A stretch of DNA of 12,782 bases from Limisphaerales bacterium (GTDB lineage: Bacteria > Verrucomicrobiota > Verrucomicrobiia > Limisphaerales > JAJOIW01): positions 294,250 through 307,031 of the forward strand of contig CBFHOE010000005.1 of the NCBI GenBank assembly GCA_965657355.1, read 5' to 3'. The translations under genes and the position numbers were made by a program. Positions 1 through 7,506 of the stretch are shown here, piece by piece. A model generated the notes under the pieces. That model did not search any database, was not told the origin of the DNA, and was given only the letters and a program-made list of their open reading frames with translations. Each line of letters begins with the position of its first letter. Position 1 is the stretch's first letter.

Positions 1-1
1 T

Positions 2-820
2 AAGATGGACCTGGTGGATTATGACAAGGAAGTCTATGACAAGATAGTTTCTGACTACCAGGACTTCGCCAGCCGGTTGAACATCCCTCATATTGACTTT
101 ATACCAATCAGTGCGCTACACGGCGATAACGTGGTAGATAAGTCAGATAAACTGCCATGGTACAAAGGTAGTCCTCTTCTTTATTTCTTGGAGAGTGTTT
201 ACATTAACAATAACTATAACCATATTGATGCTCGCCTTCCGGTCCAGTGGGTTGTGCGGCCACAGTCTGATGAATACCATGATTACAGAGGGTATAGCGG
301 GCGTGTTTGTGGAGGAGTATTTAAACAAGGTGACGAGGTTGTCGTTCTTCCATCTGGCTTTACTTCAAAAGTAAAAAGTGTCCACAATTTCGATGGGGAA
401 ATTGAAGAGGCTTTCGCCCCAATGTCCGTCACTATGACCCTAGAGGATGAGATTGATATCAGTCGGGGTATGATGATTGCGAAACCAAATAACAAACCAC
501 ATGACTCCCAAGACTTGGAGGCCATGATTTGTTGGTTTTCAGATTCTGACAACTTACAAACAAGGAAGAAATACACGCTCATCCATACGACCAATGAGGT
601 CAAATGTATGGTCCAAGAGGTCAGGTATAAGATGGATATCAACACCCTTCGAAAAATTGAAGATGATAAAGATATTAAATTAAATGATATAGGAAGAATC
701 AAAATTCGTTCTTCTTCTCCTGTTCTTTACGACTCGTATAGAAAGAATAGACTAACGGGTAGTTTTATTTTAGTGGACGACCTCACACACAATACTGTTG
801 CAGCCGGTATGATTCTTTAG
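2..820 (+). CDS. cysN: Sulfate adenylyltransferase subunit 1 (GTPase), C-terminal part; 5'-truncated by the window
   Basis: The frame is open from base 2 (AAG ATG GAC = K-M-D of the G4 NKxD motif). It contains IPISALHGDNVV (G5), LPWYKG, RLPVQWVVRP, YRGYSGRV, EIDISRG, LNDIGRI and TGSFILVD..THNTVAAGMI, all typical of CysN domains 1-3. It stops directly after AAGMIL, so there is no fused CysC kinase. Confidence 0.95.
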   Translation, partial: KMDLVDYDKEVYDKIVSDYQDFASRLNIPHIDFIPISALHGDNVVDKSDKLPWYKGSPLLYFLESVYINNNYNHIDARLPVQWVVRPQSDEYHDYRGYSGRVCGGVFKQGDEVVVLPSGFTSKVKSVHNFDGEIEEAFAPMSVTMTLEDEIDISRGMMIAKPNNKPHDSQDLEAMICWFSDSDNLQTRKKYTLIHTTNEVKCMVQEVRYKMDINTLRKIEDDKDIKLNDIGRIKIRSSSPVLYDSYRKNRLTGSFILVDDLTHNTVAAGMIL

Positions 821-831
821 TTTTTGTCATT

Positions 832-1326
832 ATGGATCTGCCTCATAAAGTCGGGACGCTTCTTTACTTCTTCGACGAAAATGACGAATTGCTCCTCATG
901 GAGAGAAAAAAAGATCCAAATAAAGGTTTATGGTCTCCTCCAGGCGGTAAGGTAAATACCCACCTGGGAGAATCTCCTTTCGATGGCGCCCTCAGAGAAG
1001 CTGAAGAGGAAACTGGGATGCGCCTGAAGGCCTCTGAGCTTCACCTTGCAGGTTTTTTGAGTGAGGAGGCGTATGAAGCCTCAGCGCATTGGTATATCTT
1101 TCTTTTTGAAGTTAAAATTCGACTACCTCACATCCCACCACCCCACCCAGAGGGATTCTTCAAAGTCTTTCCACAGCATCAACTCCTCGAGCTCAACATA
1201 CCAGAGACTGATCGCAAGATAATTTACCCTTTATTATTCAAACATAGGGGTGGGTTTTTCTCTGCTCATTGTAAATGCCAGCCCGACAATGTATTCGACT
1301 GGACAACACAACAAATTATAAAATAA
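832..1326 (+). CDS. Nudix hydrolase (MutT-like)
   Basis: Has LLLMERKKDPNKGLWSPPGGK and the Nudix box GESPFDGALREAEEETG. It starts 11 bp after the cysN stop. Confidence 0.9.
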   Translation: MDLPHKVGTLLYFFDENDELLLMERKKDPNKGLWSPPGGKVNTHLGESPFDGALREAEEETGMRLKASELHLAGFLSEEAYEASAHWYIFLFEVKIRLPHIPPPHPEGFFKVFPQHQLLELNIPETDRKIIYPLLFKHRGGFFSAHCKCQPDNVFDWTTQQIIK

Positions 1327-1438
1327 TCCCAATGCACAAATTAAAGTCGTATTACTTATTATTCTTATCGGCTTTCTCATTGGCCAACATTTCGATTTTT
1401 ATTTATTTGTAAACCAATACCGCATTGGAGTGTAAGTA

Positions 1439-1942
1439 ATGGATCATCATAAAAAGGAATATCCCCTCATAGATTTAAACTCTGACCAATACTTCATGGG
1501 GGAGGCCCTCCGACAAGCAACAAAGGCCTATACAAGAGACGAAGTACCTATTGGAGCTGTGATTGTTTTTGAGGGAAAAATAATTGCCCGCGCATTCAAC
1601 CAAGTCGAATTATTAAAGGATGCGACGGCTCATGCCGAAATGCTTGCGATCACCCAGGCGCAACAAATTGTTGAAGATTGGAGATTAATGAAATGCTCTC
1701 TTTTCGTGACCAAAGAGCCATGCCCAATGTGCGCCGGAGCCATAATGCTGAGCAGGGTGGAAAGAGTAGTGATTGGCGCCCCCGACTGTAAGTCAGGTGG
1801 TGCAGGAGGTTTGTTTAACATTCTCCAAAACGATTCATTAAATCACAGATGCCAAATCACCTCAGGGGTAAGAATGGATGAGTGCGCAGGACTATTGAGA
1901 AACTTCTTCAATCAAAAAAGGCAGAGCCCAAAAAACCAATAA
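1439..1942 (+). CDS. tadA: tRNA adenosine(34) deaminase TadA
   Basis: Has FMGEALRQA, EVPIGAVIV, DATAHAEMLAI (HxE), WRL, VTKEPCPMCAGA (PCxxC), K-S-G-G-A-G, LNH and ECAGLLRNFF. A GGAG Shine-Dalgarno lies at 1427-1430. Confidence 0.92.
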   Translation: MDHHKKEYPLIDLNSDQYFMGEALRQATKAYTRDEVPIGAVIVFEGKIIARAFNQVELLKDATAHAEMLAITQAQQIVEDWRLMKCSLFVTKEPCPMCAGAIMLSRVERVVIGAPDCKSGGAGGLFNILQNDSLNHRCQITSGVRMDECAGLLRNFFNQKRQSPKNQ

Positions 1943-1998
1943 AGTCCCGGTGCTTTGTTTTGAATCAATAAAAAAGAATACGGTGGCGCTTGAAGATT

Positions 1999-2349
1999 TT
2001 AGTACCCGCTGACGGCTACCATACAAACTCTTCGTCCTTGTTCATCTCTAACGATACCGTGAGCTTTGGGATCTTCAATGAGCTGGTCATCGGCATTAAT
2101 GAGATAACGATGGTGTCCATTCTCAAGGGATATTTGTGCATGCCAACTTCCATCAATGCGTCGCTCCATTTTGTGTACGCCAGGAGTCCAATTATTGAAA
2201 TCACCGACAATGGATACGTTTTTTGCGCTGCTATCGAGATAAAAAAAACTTACCGGCTTAGCCGTTGTGTCGCCTTTTTTCTCAACGCGACCTAGATCAT
2301 CTGAATGAGAATCGGGGGTCATAACAAAATTCAAACTTTTGGATGTCAT
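1999..2349 (-). CDS. Stand-alone isoamylase early-set / AMPK1_CBM (CBM48-like) glycogen-binding domain protein
   Basis: KPVSFFY..SAKNVSIVGDFNNW....HKMERRIDGSWHAQISLENGHHRYLINAD..IEDP is the E-set glycogen-binding fold. The start is uncertain: ATG 2349 or ATG 2322 is preferred over TTG 2370. Confidence 0.85.
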   Translation of the reverse strand: MTSKSLNFVMTPDSHSDDLGRVEKKGDTTAKPVSFFYLDSSAKNVSIVGDFNNWTPGVHKMERRIDGSWHAQISLENGHHRYLINADDQLIEDPKAHGIVRDEQGRRVCMVAVSGY

Positions 2350-2515
2350 AAATGCTGGCCAAGCCAACAAAATGTATTAAACGCTCATCCCTGTGAAAGT
2401 TTCAGGGCAAAGTAAAGAACACCAAAACCAAGGTTCTTTCAAGGTGAAAATTGGAATTTTGATTAATTTATCTGTCAGCAATTTTTTGTTTACAAAAAGT
2501 ATAATTAAAAAACCG

Positions 2516-2545
2516 TTGACTCGCGGAAACTTCTGTCGATTTAAT
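2516..2545 (+). promoter_or_regulatory. Putative sigma70 promoter for the leu leader and leuA
   Basis: TTGACT (2516-2521), 18-bp spacer, TTTAAT (2540-2545), with an A/T-rich UP-like tract upstream. The predicted TSS falls at about the ATG at 2552. Confidence 0.6.
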
Positions 2546-2551
2546 ATGTGC

Positions 2552-2608
2552 ATGAACCGGATTCGTCTCCACCTTTTTATTGAAGGACTGCTTACCCAAA
2601 AAGGATAA
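2552..2608 (+). CDS. Leucine attenuator leader peptide, MNRIRLHLFIEGLLTQKG (18 aa)
   Basis: Short ORF with 4 Leu codons (CTC 2567, CTT 2573, tandem CTG-CTT 2588-2593). Its stop lies immediately before the antiterminator strand and the terminator, upstream of leuA. An in-frame ATG at 2546 is an alternative start. Confidence 0.75.
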   Translation: MNRIRLHLFIEGLLTQKG

Positions 2609-2672
2609 GTTGCAGAGAGGATTTGGTTATCAAAAAAACCTCGCTGCAAATCATAGGCAGCGAGGTTTTTTT
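2555..2672 (+). promoter_or_regulatory. Transcription attenuator with mutually exclusive 1:2, 2:3 and 3:4 helices
   Basis: Helix 1:2 is AACCGGATTC-G-TCTC (2555-2569) with GAGAGGATTTGGTT (2615-2628), 14 bp including G-U pairs. Antiterminator 2:3 is TTGCAGAGAGG (2610-2620) with CCTCGCTGCAA (2639-2649), 10 of 11 paired. Helix 3:4 is the terminator. Confidence 0.8.
2632..2672 (+). terminator. Rho-independent attenuator terminator
   Basis: AAAAAAA-CCTCGCTGC-aaatcatag-GCAGCGAGG-TTTTTTT: a perfect 9-bp GC-rich stem with a U7 tail, 76 bp upstream of the leuA ATG. Confidence 0.92.
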
Positions 2673-2748
2673 GTTATTGGAATGTCACTTAATTTCGACC
2701 TCAGCCCTGAAAGCAACAGAAAATACGAACAAAGCGACCAAGATAAAG

Positions 2749-4293
2749 ATGAACAACAATAGAATTGTTATATTTGACACAACATTACGTGACGGAGAGC
2801 AATGCCCTGGCGCCTCAATGAATCTTAAAGAAAAAATGAGTGTCGCCCACCAGCTTGCCCGGCTTGGTGTTGATGTTATTGAAGCTGGATTCCCGGTCAT
2901 CAGTGATGGGGATTTTGCGGCTGTTCATCAAATAGCCAGCGAAGTGGATGGCCCAAAAGTGGCCGGATTAGCTCGCTGTGTCCCAAAAGATATCGAAGCG
3001 GCAGGAAAGGCAGTTGAGCCAGCAGGCAAAAATGGGAGAATACACGTATTCCTGGCAACATCTAGAATTCATAGAGAACACAAACTAAATAAGGCTCAAG
3101 ATCAAATTCTAAAACTCGCCCACGACGGGGTCGCGCAGGCCGCATCATTGGTCAGCGATGTTGAATTCTCCCCTGAGGATGCCTCTCGAACTGAGCCAGA
3201 ATTTTTAGTCGAAGTTTGTAAAACGGCAATAGCCGCAGGAGCAACGACTTTGAATATACCTGACACCGTCGGGTTTGCCGTCCCTGACCAATATTACAAA
3301 CTCATTAAAAATCTTCACGATAACATTGAAGAATTTCAATCAGGAAAAGCTATAATAAGTGTGCATTGTCACAATGACTTGGGCTTAGCGGTTGCAAATA
3401 GCCTCGCTGCAATCTCTGCCGGGGCTCGACAAATCGAATGCACCGTTAATGGAATAGGTGAAAGAGCTGGAAACGCTGCCTTGGAAGAGGTCGTGATGGC
3501 TTTGAAAACTAGAAACGACTTTTTTGGTGATTACGACATTGGGATCAATACCCGCGAAATTGTAAAATCCTCGCGCCTAGTATCTCGAATGTCTGGTTTA
3601 AATGTCCAAAGGAGCAAATCTATAGTTGGGGAGAATGCATTTGCCCACTCTTCAGGAATACATCAAGACGGCATTCTCAAAAAGAGAGAGACATATGAAA
3701 TTGTAGACCCGGAAGATGTCGGCTGGGGCCAGACTGAACTTCCACTGACCAAGCACAGCGGCCGCGCGGCGGTTTCAGCAAGATTAAATCATCTTGGATA
3801 TAAGGTCGCTGAAGAGGATATCTCTGCTATTTTCGCTAAGTTTAAAGAAGTTGGAGATAAGAAAAAATTTGTCTATGACGATGACTTAGGAGCTATTGTG
3901 GAAGGTCATATTACCGTTGTTCCGGAAACATGGAAGCTTGAATACCTTAGCACGACCTCGGGAACGACGACGGTACCAACAGCCACAGTGAGAATTTCCA
4001 AAAAAGCCGAAGATTCCGATGAGAAAGAATACTTTGAAGACGCTGGCGTCGGAGACGGCCCGGTAGATGCGGCCCTCAAGGCTATAGACCGGTTAACAAA
4101 AGTCCGTGGCAAATTGATGCATTACCTCATTCGGGCATCATCTCAGGGAAAAGACGCATTGGGAGAAGTCACAATTAAGGCAGATTTTGGAGATAACAAC
4201 CTCATTTCAGGAAAGGGAGCGGGAACAGATATCGTAGAATCTAGCGCAAGGGCCTATTTAAATGCTGTGAATAGATTTTTGCATGGCCGGTAA
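2749..4293 (+). CDS. leuA: 2-isopropylmalate synthase (514 aa, with C-terminal regulatory domain)
   Basis: Has IVIFDTTLRDGEQCPG, GVDVIEAGFP, FSPEDASRT, NIPDTVG, SVHCHNDLGLAVANSL, NGIGERAGNAALEE, HSSGIHQDG, KHSGR, GDGPVDAA and DIVESSARAYLNA. The start is re-called to ATG 2749 (MNNNRIVIF), because the ORF-track start at 2623 runs through the terminator. Confidence 0.96.
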   Translation: MNNNRIVIFDTTLRDGEQCPGASMNLKEKMSVAHQLARLGVDVIEAGFPVISDGDFAAVHQIASEVDGPKVAGLARCVPKDIEAAGKAVEPAGKNGRIHVFLATSRIHREHKLNKAQDQILKLAHDGVAQAASLVSDVEFSPEDASRTEPEFLVEVCKTAIAAGATTLNIPDTVGFAVPDQYYKLIKNLHDNIEEFQSGKAIISVHCHNDLGLAVANSLAAISAGARQIECTVNGIGERAGNAALEEVVMALKTRNDFFGDYDIGINTREIVKSSRLVSRMSGLNVQRSKSIVGENAFAHSSGIHQDGILKKRETYEIVDPEDVGWGQTELPLTKHSGRAAVSARLNHLGYKVAEEDISAIFAKFKEVGDKKKFVYDDDLGAIVEGHITVVPETWKLEYLSTTSGTTTVPTATVRISKKAEDSDEKEYFEDAGVGDGPVDAALKAIDRLTKVRGKLMHYLIRASSQGKDALGEVTIKADFGDNNLISGKGAGTDIVESSARAYLNAVNRFLHGR

Positions 4294-4327
4294 TATCCAA
4301 ACCAAGAAGTACTTAAGGCGAAATTCT

Positions 4328-4362
4328 AAAAGGTTGTTCATTTTAAATGGGCAGCCTTTTTT
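4328..4362 (+). terminator. Intrinsic terminator of leuA
   Basis: AAA-AGGTTGTTCATT-tta-AATGGGCAGCCT-TTTTT. The stem needs G-U pairs that form only on the + strand, and a U tract follows. Confidence 0.85.
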
Positions 4363-4482
4363 AATTTTGAGTAATTCAAGGCTTTGAGTGAGAAAAGCAT
4401 TAGCGAAAAGTGTGACCAGTTGGATTAAAATAATGAGAAAATTCCTATGGACGAATAAAAGAAATTGGGGAACGATTGGGGA

Positions 4483-6006
4483 ATGAACCACTTAGTTTTT
4501 CGTATTAGAGCACTAGTAGCCCTTATTGTTTGCAATTTACTGGCGATTGTGGCGCCTGGCACAGCGACGGCCCAGGAGAAATCAGAGTTTCCACATATGG
4601 GCCCACAAGAGTCTGGGGATTACAAGAAAGTTGTCCTACTTAGTGATGAATTGGACGAAAATGGTAAAAGAATAGATACATTGGTTGATCCAATGGAAAT
4701 AGATATCGCGGAGGATGGGAGAGTCTTTATCGCCGAGAGACGTGGAACAGTCAAAGCAATAGACCCCGCGACAGGAAAAGACTCCATTATAGGCAAAGTG
4801 GAGCCCTTCACCGGTCTAGAAGATGGTCTGTTAGGCCTTAGCCTTCATCCAGAATTTGCAAAAAATAATTGGTTATTTCTTTATTATGGAGAGAAAGAGA
4901 CCAAAAAAGATGAAAAAGGAAAATACGGTTTTAACAGGCTGTCCAGATTTACCCTAAAAAATGGAAAATTAGATAATGATTCAGAAAAAGTTCTTTTGGA
5001 AGTTAGAAGTCAAAGGGAACAATGCTGTCATTCAGGAGGCTCGGTCAACTTTGACAGCGACGGAAATCTCTTCCTGAGCACAGGAGACAATACAAACCCA
5101 TTCCACGACAAAACACAACCCAAGCATCGTTCCGGATATGCTCCAATCGATGAGAGGAAAGGAAGGCACCCATGGGACGCACAAAAATCGGCTGCAAATA
5201 CAAATGACCTAAGGGGAAAGGTATTGAGGATACACCCTGAAGATGACGGTTCCTACACTATTCCGGAAGGAAACCTTTTCGAGGAGGGAACGGAAGGCGC
5301 AAGACCCGAAATATACGTCATGGGCTGCCGCAACCCGTTTAGAATAGGAATAGATTCGAAACATAACACATTATATTGGGGGGATGTCGGACCAGATGCG
5401 GGAAAATATAACGCCAGCTACGGCCCTGCCGGATTCGACGAGGTCAATCAGGCAAAAACAGCCGGCTTTTTTGGATGGCCATACTTCGTTGGAAGAAACA
5501 GCGCTTACTATGAATATGACTATGTTAACGACAAAAAATTAGAACGATACAATGCCAAGGCGCCTGTAAATAATTCACCAAATAATACCGGATTAAAGGA
5601 GCTACCTCCTGCTCAGGCGGCGTTTATATACTACCCGCATGCACCATCAGTCAAATTCCCAACCGTCAACAGTGCCGGAGGAAGGACTGCAATGGCTGGT
5701 CCAGTCTATCATTTTGATTCCAAAAACCCGTCGCCAAACAAACTTCCACAATCATTAGACAATACGCTTTTTATTTACGAATGGTCTCGAAATTGGATCA
5801 TATCAGTCAAGCTCAACCCAGATCAGTCAATCCAGAGCATGACCAGATTCTGTCCGAAAATGACATTCAAAAGACCTATGGATATGGAACTTGGCCCTGA
5901 TGGCTCTCTTTACTTAATTGAATTTGGGACAAACTGGGGGAACAATAAAGACAGTCAGATCATAAGGATCGAACCAAAGAAAGCTCAACTATCTAAATCA
6001 GAATAA
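4483..6006 (+). CDS. Secreted PQQ-dependent sugar dehydrogenase-like protein (GSDH / glucose-sorbosone dehydrogenase family beta-propeller)
   Basis: Signal peptide MNHLVFRIRALVALIVCNLLAIVAPGTATA|QE. Motifs include DPMEIDIAEDGRVFIAERRG, EDGLLGLSLHPEF, CCHSGG, LFLSTGDN, DLRGKVLRI, PEIYVMGCRNPFR, WGDVGPD, FDEVN, FFGWPY and RPMDMELGPDGSLYLIEFG. The start is re-called to ATG 4483. Confidence 0.88.
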   Translation: MNHLVFRIRALVALIVCNLLAIVAPGTATAQEKSEFPHMGPQESGDYKKVVLLSDELDENGKRIDTLVDPMEIDIAEDGRVFIAERRGTVKAIDPATGKDSIIGKVEPFTGLEDGLLGLSLHPEFAKNNWLFLYYGEKETKKDEKGKYGFNRLSRFTLKNGKLDNDSEKVLLEVRSQREQCCHSGGSVNFDSDGNLFLSTGDNTNPFHDKTQPKHRSGYAPIDERKGRHPWDAQKSAANTNDLRGKVLRIHPEDDGSYTIPEGNLFEEGTEGARPEIYVMGCRNPFRIGIDSKHNTLYWGDVGPDAGKYNASYGPAGFDEVNQAKTAGFFGWPYFVGRNSAYYEYDYVNDKKLERYNAKAPVNNSPNNTGLKELPPAQAAFIYYPHAPSVKFPTVNSAGGRTAMAGPVYHFDSKNPSPNKLPQSLDNTLFIYEWSRNWIISVKLNPDQSIQSMTRFCPKMTFKRPMDMELGPDGSLYLIEFGTNWGNNKDSQIIRIEPKKAQLSKSE

Positions 6007-6034
6007 ATAATATTGAATTTAAAATTAATTTATT

Positions 6035-7471
6035 ATGGAAACCCCTCACATCCCAGCTATAAGGCGCGGCGTAAATTACAAAAGCCTTAAAATCAATCAA
6101 GTCAACGATTACAAGACAAAAGACACTCTACTTGAGGTTAGTTCAATAAACGCTGGCATTATAAGAAGAGATTTAAAGGATATTGCCAAATCAAGAAATG
6201 CACTTAGGTCATTGTCGACCCAGGAACTCTATGATATTTGCGCCAAGGCTGGTGACTATTTTGTAAATGGGACACTACCTCTTGGTGATAGAGGCCACAC
6301 CCAATCTGCAGAAGAATATATTTCCCAATTGTCCTCAACCAGTGGGCTGCCACACATCATGGTCAAGCGCAACATGACAAAAATCGCAAGTGTCATGACC
6401 CAAATGCCAACAATTTTGCGAGGGCTAACACGTGGTATAGATCCTGCCATACTGGACAGCGGGGCAGGAGAACAAGGAGGAGTACCTGTAGCATATTTCG
6501 CCACAACTCAATCTCTTGGCTTAGTGATGCCAAGTAATTCACCTGCAGTGAATTCATTATGGCTTCCTTCTATCGCTCTAAAGATTCCAGTCATCATTAA
6601 ACCGGGAAGAGAAGAGCCCTGGACGCCATACAGACTTATACAAGCGCTCATTAAAGCCGGCTGTCCAAGCGAGGCTTTCGGCTTCTACCCAACGGACCAT
6701 GAAGGATCGAACGCCATAATGGAAAACTGTGGCCGAGCTCTCATTTTTGGAGATAAAAAAACCACGGATAAATACGCCCACGATCGCGCCGTCCAAGTTC
6801 ACGGTCCGGGATTTTCAAAAATCATCATAGGAGAGGACAAAATAGAAAATTGGAGAGACTATATAGATGTTATCGCAGCTTCGGTGGCTGATAATGGAGG
6901 CAGAAGCTGTATCAATGCCTCTGCAATCCTCGTCCCCAAATATGGCAAAGAAATAGCGGATGCTTTAGCAAAGAAACTGGGACCAATAACACCAACCGCC
7001 AACGACGACCCGAACGCTCGCCTCTCCGGATTTGCAAACCCTATGATGGCCGATTGGATAGATTCTACTTTAGACGAAGACCTTAAAGTAGAAGGAGCTC
7101 AGGATATGACGGCTCAATACCGCACTGGCACTAGAAAAACCAATTTTGAAGGTGGAGTTTTCTTGAAACCGACCATAGTCTATTGTGAGAGTTGGGATCA
7201 TCCTCTTGCAAACCGAGAATTTTTATGCCCATACGCCAGCGTTGTAGAGGTCCCTCAAAATGAAATGCTGGAGAAAATCGGCCCGACGCTAGTCGTTACA
7301 GCAATCACCTCAGACGAGATTTTTGCGACTTCATTGATGGATGCAGATAATATAGACAGACTTAACATAGGAGCTGTTTCAACAATGAAAATTTCTTGGG
7401 ATCAACCACACGAGGGCAATTTATTTGAATTCCTTTACAAAAGAAGATCCTACGAACGAGTTGCTGCTTAG
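6035..7471 (+). CDS. Atypical aldehyde dehydrogenase-fold protein (GriD/ThnO/EhpG-like acyl reductase family)
   Basis: ALDH fold with MPSNSP (conserved Asn), IIKPG, LIFG, catalytic Cys in NGGRSCINAS (codon 6908-6910) and REFLCP. The usual ELGG motif is replaced by VHGPGFSK. The subfamily call is from recalled motif similarity. Confidence 0.8.
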   Translation: METPHIPAIRRGVNYKSLKINQVNDYKTKDTLLEVSSINAGIIRRDLKDIAKSRNALRSLSTQELYDICAKAGDYFVNGTLPLGDRGHTQSAEEYISQLSSTSGLPHIMVKRNMTKIASVMTQMPTILRGLTRGIDPAILDSGAGEQGGVPVAYFATTQSLGLVMPSNSPAVNSLWLPSIALKIPVIIKPGREEPWTPYRLIQALIKAGCPSEAFGFYPTDHEGSNAIMENCGRALIFGDKKTTDKYAHDRAVQVHGPGFSKIIIGEDKIENWRDYIDVIAASVADNGGRSCINASAILVPKYGKEIADALAKKLGPITPTANDDPNARLSGFANPMMADWIDSTLDEDLKVEGAQDMTAQYRTGTRKTNFEGGVFLKPTIVYCESWDHPLANREFLCPYASVVEVPQNEMLEKIGPTLVVTAITSDEIFATSLMDADNIDRLNIGAVSTMKISWDQPHEGNLFEFLYKRRSYERVAA

Positions 7472-7506
7472 ATCCTAAAAAGGTCAATCCACCCAAAATC
7501 AGTTAA

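Noticed and set aside
1414..1428. CCAAT-accgc-ATTGG hairpin overlapping the tadA Shine-Dalgarno
   Set aside because: It is only 5 bp and A/T-rich, too weak to support a regulatory claim.
1439..1942. Deaminase next to a Nudix gene as a possible anti-phage nucleotide-depletion system
   Set aside because: The protein has all the hallmarks of housekeeping TadA, and there is no defence or mobile-element context.
1990..2295. 101-aa plus-strand ORF and ORF 2016..2210
   Set aside because: These are shadow frames of the well-supported CBM48-like gene.
2393..2551. N-terminal part of the 71-aa ORF 2393..2608
   Set aside because: It spans the promoter. Only the last 18-20 codons fit a leader peptide.
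2623..2748. 42-aa N-terminal extension of LeuA in the ORF track
   Set aside because: It runs through the attenuator terminator, and LeuA homology begins at ATG 2749.
2377..2762. ORFs 2377..2649 (-) and 2580..2762 (+)
   Set aside because: They overlap the promoter and attenuator and have no recognisable protein features.
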